Assembly (NCBI RefSeq): GCF_004010195.1
Contig: NC_057718.1
Coordinates: 27,463,088-27,527,087, forward strand
Reading direction: 5' to 3'
Length of the DNA stretch: 64,000 nt
Origin: Chiloscyllium plagiosum
Taxonomy: Eukaryota
Below, one piece after another: positions 37,330 through 49,470 of this stretch. Made by a program: the position numbers and the translations under genes. The notes below the pieces were generated by a model. The model searched no databases, had not been told where the DNA came from, and saw only the letters and a program-made list of their open reading frames with translations. Numbering within the stretch: the first letter of the stretch is position 1; every line of letters starts with the position of its first letter.

Positions 37330-40300
37330 GGGTGGTGGGGTAGCTTGGTTATTATAAGATTGAACTAGCATGATAGCTGGAAATGATCTTAGATCGGAAA
37401 ATGTAGAATCCAAACGACGGAGCTAAGAACTAATAAGGAGATAATGACACTGGTGGGAGAAATCTACAGGCCCGAACAGAAAAGAGAATAAATAAGGAAA
37501 TAATCAGGGTATGTATAAAAGGTGGCACATTAATCATGGATGACTTTAAATTTTCATTTAGATTGAGAAAATGAAATTTGCTGAGGTTGCCATGAGAAAG
37601 ATTCAACAGAGTGCATTTAACAATTTCCCAGGACAGCATGTTATGATCTAACCTGGATCAGACTATTTCAGATCTGATGTTTAATGAGGCTGATTTAATA
37701 AATGATCTCAGAGTAACATATCCCCAAGGAAACAGTGATAATACCAGTACAATTTAGCATTCAGTTTGAGGCAGAGAAACATTGGTCTGAACCAACTACT
37801 CTAAACCAAATTAAGGGTATTTACAAATAAATGAGGGCAGAGTTGGCTGGAATGTACTGAAAAAATGCATTTAGCAGAAAGAAAGCTGATGATCAATGGT
37901 AGACATTTAAGAAAATAGTTAGATTCTGGTAACATCTCAGGTTTGAAAAATTGTTAATGCAACCATATTATTCAATGAGGGAACAGAGAAAAAAAAACAC
38001 ATACCAGTAGGCCAGATAGCTTCATATGCGTTTTTGGGAGAATAGAATTTTGAGTCTATTAAAAGAATGTAACAGCAATGCATTTAGAATTACATAACGT
38101 AACCATGAAAAGTCAGCATGGTTTTATGAAGGAGAATTCAGACCTGACAATTTAATATAGTTCTTTGAGGAGGTAACAAGTAGGATGGATAAAGGGAACC
38201 AGTCGATGTAATATATTTAGATTTCAAAAATGCATTAGATATTGCACATAAGGCTGCTTAATAAGCTAAGATCCCGTGGTGTTGGGGGTAGTGCATTAGC
38301 ATGGATAAAGGGCTGGCTAATTAACAGAAAACAGAAAGTTAGGATAAATGAGGCATTTTCAAGATGGCTATCTGCAACAAGTGTTGTGCCACAGGGATCA
38401 TTGCTAGAGTGACAATTATTTACAATAAATACAGGAGTACCCCCCCCCCCACCTCCGTATCTGTGGTATGTGGGAAGGCAATTGGTATATTTAGATGGCG
38501 GGTAATTGTGATAGGTTAGTGAGGAGGGTGGAGCTGATAGATGGGAAGAAGATGAGCAGGTAGGACAGGTCAAGAGGGCGGTACAGAGTTGGAAAGTTGG
38601 ATGTGGGATGAAGTTGGGGGAGGGGAGATTTGGAAACTAGTGAAGTCAATGTTGATGCTGTGTGGTTGAAAGGTCCCAAGGCAGAAGATGATGCGTTCTT
38701 CCACCAGTTGGCAGGTGGATTTGATTTGGTGGTAGAGGTGGCCCAGGACGTACATGTCATCGTGGAAGTGAGAAGGAGAGATGAAATGGTTGGCCACAGG
38801 GCAGTGGGATTGTTCGTGCGTGTGTCTCAGAGATGTTCCCTGAAACGGTCTGCGATACCAGGTATGGAGGGACCAACTTATGAGCAGACGGTGAGTAGGT
38901 TGGGCCTGTACTTACTGGAGTTTAGAAGAACAAGGAGTGACCTTATTGAAACATAAGAGATTCTTAGGGGGCTTGACTGGATAGATGTGGTGGTATTGTT
39001 TCCCTTTATGGGAAAATCTAGAACCAGAGGACGTGATCTCAAAATAAGGGGTCACCCAATTAAGAAAGAGATGAGGATATTCTTTCCCCCACAGAGACTA
39101 GTGAATTCTTTACTGCAGAGGGCTATTGAGACTGGGAAATTAAGAATATTCACGGCTGAGATATACAGATACTTAATTAATAAGGGAATCAAGGGGTATA
39201 GGTGGAAGCCAGGGAAGTAGAGTTAAGGATGATCAGTTCAGCCACGATCTCATTAAATGGCATAGCAAACGGGTTGGGCTGAATGGCCTACTACTGTTCT
39301 TATGTCATATGGGCTTTGTGCTTTGGATAAGAGGGAGTCTATAGATGTACTGTACTTGAACTTCCAGAATGTATTTGACAAGGTGCCAATTAAAAAGGTT
39401 ATTATGCAAAGTAGACATACATGATTTAGGGGATAATATATTATCAGATAGAATATTTGCTGGTTGGCAGAAAACAGGACATGAACAAATAGATAATTAC
39501 AATCACAATAGATGATACTATTATCATTGGCAGGATGCGACAAGTGGCATCCTGAGGTCTGGGTTTATATGAATGACTTAGTTGAGGGGAGACAAAGCTT
39601 GGCAGGTAAATTTGCAGATGACACAAAGATAGTTAGGAACTTACGTTGTGAAGAGGACATAAAGAAGTTGAAGAGAAATAAGTTGAGTGAATGGGCTAAA
39701 ATCTGGCTGATGGAACATATTGTGGGAAAATGTGTAATTATTCACTTTGGCAGGATAAAAATGCACAGTATTACTTAAGTAGAGAACAACAATTGAGGTG
39801 CAGAAAGTTCTAGGTGTTGTAATGATTATTAAATTTTTGTGACGTGTGCAAATATTAAGAAGGTTAGTGGGATGCTACCTTTTATTGCAAGAGGAATTGA
39901 ATATAAAAGGAATTTGTACTTCAGTTATACACAGCACTGATGAGGCATATCTTAAATGTGATGTCCAGTTACTTAAGAAGGTTATAAATGTGTTGAAGAT
40001 AATTCAGAGGAGGTTTGCTAGTTTGACATCTGGAATGAGTGGGTTGTCTCGTGGAAAGATTGAACAGATTGGGCTATTCCGTTCTTCTAAAGTGAGGGTT
40101 AACTCAATTAAAGTTGATAAGATCCTTGGACAGTGGACCGGAAAAGGATGTTTCCTCTAGTGAACCAAAACGAGAGGGTATTGTTTTACAAGTTAATGAC
40201 ATCCTTGTAGAAAAGTAATTAAAAGAACATTTTTTCTTTGAGGATTGTGCAACTTTACAATTCTCTGCTTCAGAAAGCATTGGAGGGGGGTTACTTAATA

Positions 40301-40440
40301 TTTTAAAGCAGAGTTAGATTTTTGTTAGGCAAAAAAATTAAAAAGGGTAGAATAGAAATAGAATTTGAAACATGAGCAGAACAGCTATGATCTGTTTGAA
40401 GACAGAACAGGCTCAAAGGACCAAGCAGACTATCTCTGCT
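37330..40440 (+). mobile_element. Cluster of decayed CR1 LINEs
   Basis: KFADDTK (39512..39778) and CR1 3' motifs (38987..39220, 39846..40160). Confidence 0.75.
38450..38832 (-). mobile_element. Penelope-like GIY-YIG C-terminal fragment
   Basis: ORF 38570..38797 ANHFISPSH..DDMYVLG...EERIIFCLGTFQPHSIN, homologous to 33526..33816. Confidence 0.8.
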
Positions 40441-40656
40441 TTAAATTTGAATGATCCTTCTACAGAGGATCCCTGTTGTGCACTGTCCTCCCTCAAATGC
40501 GAGAACACTTGAATATGGAGTAATGTGCTGCATAGTGCAACGTGGTTGCCTACAATGAGGCATTTTTTAATTCTTTCATGGGATGTGAGCATTACGGAGA
40601 AGATCAACATTTGTTACCCAATCCTAATTGTTCTGAAAGTGGTGGCACTTTATGGC

Positions 40657-41000
40657 AGCAAGGTGGCTCAGTGGTTAGCACTGCTGCTTCACAGCACTAT
40701 GACACAGGTTTAATTCTATTCTAGGGTGACTGTGTGGAGTTTACATATCCTCCCCCTGTCTGCATGGGTTTCCTCTGTGTGCTCTGGTTTCCTCCCACAG
40801 TCCAAAGACATGCAGGCTAGTTGAAATAGGCCATGCTAAATTATCCACAGTGTGAAGGGTTGTATAGATTGGGTGGGTCAGCCATGAGATGCATGGTTAC
40901 AGGGATAGGGTAGTGGAGTAGGTTGGTGTGGTGTGCTCTTTGAAGGGTCAGTGTAGACCCGATGGGCCAAATGGCCTGCTTCTACACTGTACAGATTCCA
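40657..41000 (+). mobile_element. HE1-type V-SINE
   Basis: tRNA head gtggctcagtggttagcactgctg; V-domain tgtgtggagtttacat...ggtttcctcccacagtccaaaga; CR1-like tail. Confidence 0.85.
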
Positions 41001-42396
41001 TGGTGATGGTGAACTACCCATTTAAATTGTTGCATTCATCTGATATAGCATAGCCCTGTTAGGAATCTCCAGATAAAAGATACAGTAACACCAATCTAGT
41101 TCCAACTCAGGATAAGCAACTTGGAGAAGAACTTGCAGGGGGTGGTGTCCACTGCTCCAGGTTGTTGAAATTGCAGGATGGGAAGATGGTGTTGATACAG
41201 GCTTTATAAATTGCAGCAATGCTTTGTGGTTAGGTGATACACACTACTGCCATTTTATGTCAATGGTGGGTGAAACACAGGTTTATGGTGGCAGATGTTG
41301 TGCTAATCAAGCAGACTGCTTTGTCTTAGAGAGTGTTGAACCTCTTCAGTGGTGTTGGAACTACATTCATCCAGGCAAGTTGGAGTATTCCCTCATACCC
41401 TTGACCTATGCATTGTAGATAACTAGACATTATTTAGGAAGACAGGATTCAAGTTACTCACCATAGACTCCCAGCCACTGGTCTGCTCTTGAAGTCAAAC
41501 TATTCATATGGCCAGTCTAGTAGAGTTTCTGGTCAATGGTCACCCTCGAGGATGTTGATGAATTTAGCAATAAATGAAAGTGTTATTGAAAGTCAGAGAG
41601 ATTGTTAGATCTGCTGTTGCTGGAGATGATCATTGTGTTGGCATTCATGTTGTTTCCCAATTTATAGAAGCTTTGACATTTCCCAGGTGTTGGAGTTTAC
41701 GACTAAACATTGTGCTATCATCAGGGGACACGCTGAATTCTGACTTTATAGAACATAGAACAGTACAGCACAGAACAGGCCCTTCAGCCCACGATGTTGT
41801 GCCAACCATTGATCCTCATGTATGCACCCTCAAATTTCATATGCATGTGCAGCAGTCTCTTAAATGTCCCCAATGACCTTGCTTCCACAACTGCTGCTGG
41901 CAACGCATTCCATGCTCTCACAACTCTGTGTAAAGAACCCGCCTCTGACATCCCCTTTATACTTGCCTCCAACCAGCTTAAAACTATGACCCCTCGTGTT
42001 AGCCATTTCTGCCCTGGGAAATAGTCTCTGGCTATGATGGAAGGAAGCTCAATAAGGAACTCTTGTAGTGATGTCCTGGTACTGAGATGGATGACTCCAG
42101 CAAACAACTATTTTCCAGTGTGCTAGGAATGACTTCAACTAAGGGACAGCCACCTGCACTCCTCAATCTCAAGGGCAGTCATTCTCACCTTTCATCTTGA
42201 GTTCACGTTTGAACCAAAGATGTAATGAGGTCAGGGGAAAGACTTGCCCTGTCAAAACCAAACTCAGCATTGGAGGTAGGTAACTGCTGTGGAGGTGTTG
42301 CCTCTGAGCTATGGCCTTCAGCCATTTCTTGGTATCATATGGAGTAAATCAAAATGACTGAAGACCATAGCTCAGAGGCCAGGCGACTTCAGGAGA

Positions 42397-42599
42397 TGTC
42401 AAAGAGTGTGGTGCTGGAAAAGCACAGCCAGTCAGACAGTATCTGAGAAGCAGGAGCATCATTGTGTCGAGCATGAGCACTTCATCAGGATCAAAACAAC
42501 GACGCTCCTGCTCCTCAGATGCTGCCTGATCGGCTGTGCTTTTCCAGTACCACACTCTTCAACTCTGATCGCCAGCATCAGCAGTCCTCACTTTCTCCA
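42397..42599. mobile_element. Older Penelope-derived fold-back mini-element with 11-bp TSD
   Basis: TSD acttcaggaga at 42386-42396 and 42600-42610; imperfect inverted arms. Confidence 0.8.
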
Positions 42600-43459
42600 A
42601 CTTCAGGAGAAGGCAGAGTTGGATCGTTCAGTTGCTTAAGACGACACTCATATTATAATAAAAGGGGAGCGGTAGCAGGTAGCTGTGATGACAGTTGGTA
42701 CATTGTCTCAAGATAAATTCATCATGGCAGTTCCCTGGGTATCTTATAGAACTTGTATGTTGAGGTACTGTAATCAGCATTGTTAGCAAAGTAATCTTTC
42801 CTCTTGAAAGATACCCCTTATTCACATTCTAGTGCCTAGATAGCAATCCATGTGCAATAAAAGACATCCTACACAAAAAAACCTGCCACAAATACAAATC
42901 CCTGACTATCTCTGGTTAAATGTTAAGGTCAACGAGGAAGATGTACTACTATGGGGAGGTGAAGGCCTAATGGTATTATCACTGGATTGTCAACCCAGAC
43001 ATCCTGCTAATGTTCTGGGTACTTGGTTTCAAATCCCACCAATATCTGTAATTAAAGAGTCTAATGATAACCATGAATCCACTATTGTGTATTGGAAAAC
43101 CTATTTGGTTCACTAATGCCCTTAGGGAAGGAAAATGGCACCCTTACCTGATCTGGCCTACACGTGACTCCAGACCAACAGTAATGTGGTTGACTCTTAA
43201 CTGCCCTCTGGGCAATTAGGGATGGGCAATAAATCCTAGCCTAGCTAGCACTGCCCTCATTCCGTGAATGAATAACCAAAATAAGACTTGTGGCCAAGCG
43301 AATTAGTTAATTGACACAGTAAAAAAATTGTACAACATGAATACTAATGTAGCTGATGTCCTCCGTATCATATGAAAATGGCAAAGTTATTAGCAAAGCA
43401 TGATGCCATGGTCCGACAGGCCAGGTGGTAGGCCCTACTGCAAAAGACAACCTGAAGAA

Positions 43460-43655
43460 GCAAAAAAAATGGAAGATGCTGGTAGTCAGGAACAAAATCA
43501 GAAATTGCTGGAAAAACTTAGCAGATCTTGCAGCATCGTGTAAAGAAATTAGAGTTAACGTTTCAGGTCCAGTGACCCTTCTTCAGAACACATCTGCCAA
43601 ATTTGTAGAGGGTGATTTGTGCTGATTTTTTCCAGCAATTTCTGATTTTGGCTTT
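43460..43655 (-). mobile_element. Penelope-derived element with a near-canonical type B hammerhead
   Basis: Minus-strand GTT-CTGAAGA-A-GGGTC-ACTG-GACCT-GAAAC-GTT-AAC at 43589-43554; inverted caaaatcagaaattgctggaaaaa arms. Confidence 0.8.
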
Positions 43656-44196
43656 GAACCTGGAGAAGCAGTCTCCTTCTAAAGAAATAGATATCCAAGA
43701 AAGTGAGTCTTCACATCATGGGAGATCAATCTTCATAATTTTAACAAAACCCCAATAGGCTGAGGTGGGCATCACTTCTGACTTAAATACCAGTGTGGTT
43801 GAAATGGCAGTGGAACATGCACATCATGAATCCCCCTAACCCTGCTCTGAGATACATTTTTCTAACACCAGCTGCTAGGCAACCAGGGTTAAAATCAGCC
43901 TGTGCCGTTTCAAAGCATAATTGTAAATCAATGTACCGGTCTCTCCTTTGGTATCTAAACGGTCGCACTAAATTCACAATAATTTAAAGTGCATTAAAAC
44001 AAAGTTAACCATGAAAAGTGTGAATACTGAATTTCTGTCGCCTGTCCCAATGGTAGTTACTGTCAATGCACGAGTTCTAACTTCTACTGAAAGGTGTCAA
44101 ACGGTCAGTCCCCAGCGAAAGTAAGGTCCCCTCCCAAAAGTAATTGGGATTCAGTAAAGAAGAGTACATGGTAAACGCTGGAAGTTGTTGCCTTAC

Positions 44197-44226
44197 CACC
44201 AGGTTGACATTGGGGGAGCAGGCCAT
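44197..44226 (-). CDS. GTF2A1L: GTF2A1L/ALF coding exon 1 (MACSPNVNLV)
   Basis: ATG at 44226 in context cACCATGG; 10 codons, then donor GTAAGG (phase 0); adjacent to a CpG-rich promoter; N-terminus resembles human ALF 'MAC...V|PKLY'. Confidence 0.85.
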
Positions 44227-44400
44227 GGTGTCCCTCCCTGAAGAGGAGGTGTGCCCCACGCCAAACCGCCGGTTGCTGGCCTCGTGACGTCACCGCTGAC
44301 CGTTAGGCAGTGGCGTGATGTCACAAAGCGGGCGCTGTGGTGTCATAGAGGCTCGCGGGATGACGTCAGCGGGGCTCGAGCGCAGTGGCCCAGGGTTTTT
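44227..44400 (-). promoter_or_regulatory. GTF2A1L CpG-rich, apparently TATA-less promoter/5'UTR with CRE and MYB sites
   Basis: Most conspicuous CpG cluster seen in the window; TGACGTCA at 44285-44292 and 44361-44368; TGATGTCA at 44316-44323; TAACGG (minus) at 44300-44305; no TATA box seen. Confidence 0.8.
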
Positions 44401-46621
44401 TTAAATCAACCTGTTTTGACAGAATTGGGGGACACTTGAAACCAGAGTTAAAGGTACTATCCACTGCACCACAAGAACTTCCCCTCCTGATGGCTGCCCC
44501 AGGTACTTTTTAACCAATCTTTTCTGATAGGGTTGGGGTTGGGGTTTGGAATGGGGAGGGCATGAAACGTGGCTTTCTGGTCTAGAGGTAGGGACATTTT
44601 GCACAGAGGCTATAGTCCCTTCTGCCTCAGCAATGTTCTGTGGCGTTTGTTTCCCCATGAGTCTGAGATGTATAGCAGCTCATAACTTTCTATATTTCGA
44701 TTGTTTAGAAATCTATGCCATAGTTTTGTAATTCTCGCTGACCCTTGACAGATGGAACTTAAACAAGGACAGTGGCTGAGCAAGGGGGAATTGAGTGGAC
44801 AGCAGGTTAGATGGTGATCTTGGGTTCAAGGGCTGATTAATTACTGTACCCTGGTACTGGTCCTTGCATGTCAGGAATGCAGATTAGGTGGTTATGCTCG
44901 TCTCCCTTTTCCCTATGACTATCCCAGCTAAAACTTGCACAAAGCAAACCTACTATTCTGGTCTGGGCAGATCAATAGGGGTGGACTACTACTAAAAGAT
45001 GTTTTTAATTCCTCAAGGTAAAACAGACAGATATAAGCGCATCTTATGCTATGAAAGCAGGTAAAGGCTGCAGTGGATTGACATTCTCCAATTGAATAGT
45101 TTGCTATGGCATTAGTGGAAGCCATGCAACTAGATTGTATAGTTGTCAAATGTACACTGACTACCCTTACGTTAAAATGTGACACATGCAATCCTCTGCG
45201 AGGGGCACAAATAAGCCCTACAATGGTAGATGTATAGGGTTGTGAACCTTAGATTTCTTGTCGCAGCTCTGCAGATAGATAGTAAGTGCTTAATGGTCGC
45301 TGACCTTTTGGATTTGACATAGAAATAACTACAGTAGACAATCAGAATGCAAGTACTGGCAGCCATCCCATCTCTAAAATCAGATCAGCCATTATGTTAT
45401 TGATAATGGAGCAAGCTCAAATGTCCAGGTGTCCTACTCTGTGACTTGTCCACATGTTCTTAACAAAACAAATTTTGTTTTAATTACCTGCGTTAGGTGC
45501 AACTTCATCTGGAAGAGCACCATCAGCAAAGAAAGAGTCGGATAATCAAATGCCAATGGTGCCCTCCTCCTTTTCAAATCCATTGAACCTAAGCACAGCA
45601 TCAAAGGCAACCTTTCATTAGAAAGATAAATACAAGGCCACATGGAGACACTGCTGATCCAAGCATTGTCACTTCCTGAGTTAGGCTATTGTCTGTGCCT
45701 TTAATGGGAAGGATCTGCACATCAGTAAGGCCATGCTGGGTGCAAACAACTGTTCGATAGACCACAGATTGTTTTTTAGTTATGTAGCAAGGGCGTTGCT
45801 GGCTGGTTTGCATTTATTGGCTGTCTCTAGTTTCCCTTGAGAAGGTGGTGCTGAGCTGCCTTCTTAAACCACTGCAGTCCACAATACACTCAGAGAGAGA
45901 ATTCCAGGATTTTGACCCAGCAATGGTGAAAAAGGTGAGGATGATGAGGGCTCGGAGAGGAACTTGTAGATGGTGGTGTTCCAATGTGTCTGCTGCCTTT
46001 GTTCTTCTAATAAATGAGGATAACTTCATTCTACTCTCAGAGTGAGTCTGTAGGTAGGTGGCTGTACAGACTGATACGGTTACCACAGGCTCTGTTATAC
46101 TTGGAGCAGGAGTTGGTCATAGGAAGGTATGGATGGGGCATTGATGTGGCAGCTTTCTTTCAGTGTTTTCACCTGGCTTCAATTTTTGCTCAGTAACAGC
46201 AGTGTGTACAATCTACAAAATATACTGCAGAAGTCCAGCAGGGCTCCTTGGACAGCACCTTCCAGACTCTCAATCACTACCATCTAGAAAGACAAGTGAA
46301 TCAGATACCTGAGAACACTACCATCTGCAAGACCCCTCAAGTCACTCACCATGGAAAAGTATCACCATGCCTTCACATCACTGGGTCAAATTCTTGAAAC
46401 CCCCTCCCTAATGACGTTGTTGACACAGTTCAAGGGCAACTAGGAATGGGCAGTAAAAACTGGCTGAGCTGGTGATGCCCACATCTCGTGAGTGAATAAA
46501 GGAAAAGTATTTGGGCAAGTACCTTCAGCCATAACTGCCAAGTGCATAATCCATCTCAGAGTATTCTTGAAGTCCTCAATATCACAAATGCCAAATTTCA
46601 GAAAATTTGTTTCACTCCATA

Positions 46622-46912
46622 TTAGATTACTTACAGTGTGGAAACAGGCCCTTCGGCCCAACAAGTCCACACCGACCCGCTGAAGCGCAACCCACCCAGA
46701 CCCATTCCCCTACACCTAACACTACGGGCAATTTAGCATGGCCATTTCACCTAACCTGCACATTTTTGGACTGTGGGAGAAAACCAGAGCACCCGGAGGA
46801 AACCCACGCAGACACAGGGAGAATATGCAAACTCCACACAGTCAGTCACCTGAGGCGGGAACTGAACCCGGGTCTTAGGCGCTGTGAGGCAGCAGTGCTA
46901 ACCACCATGCCG
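46622..46912 (-). mobile_element. HE1-type V-SINE
   Basis: Reverse-complement tRNA head, V-domain and (aatct)n tail. Confidence 0.9.
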
Positions 46913-48845
46913 CGCAGATAATATCAAGAAAAGGCTGAAGGCACTGGATATTGCAAAGGCAATGGGCCACGACAACATTCTGGAAATAGTATTGAAGATT
47001 AGTGCACCAGAACTAAACTTGCCCCTCGCCAAGTGTTCTGTATATATACAACATTGGCATCTACTTAGCAATGGTGAAATTGCTAAGGTATGTCACAAAA
47101 AGGCAGGATAAATCCAAACCTGCTAATTACCACTCCATCAGCCTAATCTTGATCATCAGCAAAGTGGTAGAAGTTGTTGTCAGCATCACTATTAAATCTT
47201 AAATACTCAGCAGTAACTTGTACACTGATGCTCAATTTGTGTTTTATCAAGGTCACTTTGTTCCTGACCTCATGGCAGCTTTGGTCTAACCATGGACAAA
47301 AATGCTGAACCCATGACAGGAGATGAAAGTTTTATCCCTTGACATCACGATGGAATATGTTTGGGTGGCATCAAGGAGCCCTGGCAAAATTGAAGTCAAT
47401 GGAAATGAAAGCAAGCTCTTTGCTGTTTGGAGTCATATCCAGGCCAAAAGAAAATGATTGCAGTTGTTGGAGATTAATTGTCTCCTTTCCAGGGACATCA
47501 CTCTGGGAATTACCAAGTCCCAACCATCTTCAGATGTTTTAAGGTAAGAAGTGGGAATGTTCGCTCATGAACTCAACAGCATGCTGGACAAAACAAGCTA
47601 CTGAATTGGCACCCCATCATCTTAAACATTTGGTCCCTATATCACCAATACACTATAATTACCATGGACAAGGTGCACTGTAGTCACTTATCAGGGCTTC
47701 TTCAGTGGCAATGTTTCAGACCTGTGACCTCTACCACCTAGAAAGCCAAGGGCAGCAGATATATGGGATCACGACGACCTGCAATATCCCCAATTATATG
47801 CAAACAACTCCTGACTTGAAACTATTTCACAGTTACTTCATTGTCACTGAGACAATATCCTGGAACTCCCTGTGCACCAACCACATGGAGTGAAGCAGTT
47901 CAAGAAGGTAACTCACTGCCAACTTCTCAATTTAATTGGAATGTGCTACATCTTGCCAATTATGTGCACATCCATGAAGAATAAAAATAATCCTGCAGAT
48001 TCTGTCATTAAGTTATTTCAGTAAAACATGCAATTGCTGTACAGTATTTCCTGGATTTTGCATGACTATTTCAGTACTTGACCCGATCCCAAATATTGCT
48101 TGTTTCATCTCTCATGTGCCTGTGACTTCAGACTTTGGCTTGGTTACAATGCTTTCTAACCCTGGCCAATTTAATCTGTTAATGTTTATATATATATGCT
48201 TCTCGTGTCAAATGTCTTAGTATGCTATCATACATATTAGGCCTGACAGGTGGGAACTCCATAAAATTTGGTTAGGTGGGAAAGTTTTTTTAAAAAACAA
48301 ATTCCAATCCAAACACACCTCTAACCTGCAACCAAGCGAATAGTTGATACATTGAACATTATTGCACAGAAGTTCCTTTGAAGTGAATAATGAGTGACAA
48401 TGTTTCTGAAGCAGGAAACCAAAATGCTAAATCAGGTGAGGACTTCCACAAGCCTGGAGGTGAATGACCTCACTGCTGGACCTAATGTGCCTGGTTAACC
48501 CCTGGGAATAGCCACACCTACTTGTAATTTAACTGCTGAATCGTATCTTCTTGCATTTGCTGTCATGTTACCTGTTTTGGGGCTTTCTATAGTTGGTTCA
48601 TTTTCAATGGTCTACATGGAACATGCAGTTAATTCAACAGCTGCTATGTAAACAAGTTCTCCCAGAGCTGGGTGCACATGTGGGCCTTTTTAGAGACATT
48701 GCACATGGTTGGGAGATTAAAGACAATCTACTGAGATGAAATCTGCTATTTGCAAATTGGGTTAGGACAGGGACAAGAGTGTGCAAATTGGTTTCTGTAC
48801 CTATGGCTGGCCAAGTGTTCAGGGAGATAAGAATATTGATTTTTT

Positions 48846-49092
48846 GAGGAGGAAGTGAGGACTGCAGCTGCTGGAGATCAGAGTCAAGATTGTGCTGCTG
48901 GAAAAGCACAGCAGGTCAGGCACCATCCGAGGAGCAGGAGTCATAGAGTTAAAGAGATGTACAGCAGGAGAATTGACGTTTCAGACATAAGCCTTCATTT
49001 CTGATGAAGGGCTTATATTTGAAATGTTGATTTTCCTGCTCTTCGGATGCTGCCTGACCTGCTGTGCTTTTCCAGCACCACACTCTCGACTG
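48846..49092. mobile_element. Older Penelope-derived fold-back mini-element
   Basis: Inverted arms around CTGATGA at 49001-49007; flanked by attttttgag repeats. Confidence 0.8.
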
Positions 49093-49122
49093 TAATTTTT
49101 TGAGACAATCCCTATTGATAGG

Positions 49123-49470
49123 GGTGGCACGGTGGCTCAGTCATTAGCACTGCTGCCTCACTGTGCCAGGGACTGGGTTTGATTCCATCCTCAGGCATCT
49201 GTTGGTATGTAGTTTGCACGTTCTCTCCACATCTGCATGGGTTTCCTCTAGGTGCTCAATTTTCCTCCCACAATCCAGAAATGTGCAGGTGAGGTGAATT
49301 GGCCACGCTAAATTGCCAATAGTATCCAGGAATGTAAAGGGGAGGTGAATTAGCCATGGGAAATGCAGGGTTCCGGGGTGGGGGGTGGGTAGTGGGGTTG
49401 ATGTTTGGAGGATTGGTATGGATTTGAAGGACCAAATGCCCTGTTTTCCACATGTTAGGAATTCTATGAT
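49123..49470 (+). mobile_element. HE1-type V-SINE
   Basis: Head gtggcacggtggctcagtcattagcactgctgcctca plus V-domain. Confidence 0.85.

Noticed and set aside
40657..40730. tRNA-like sequences (also about 46850-46912, 49123-49195, 58340-58410)
   Set aside because: SINE heads that continue into V-domain and LINE tail; no complete cloverleaf evident.
4933..44226. Assignment as GTF2A1 rather than GTF2A1L
   Set aside because: MAC start, VPAGVTLQT-SGH-YKVNVP motif, DTSSDEEIG and STON1 adjacency all fit ALF.
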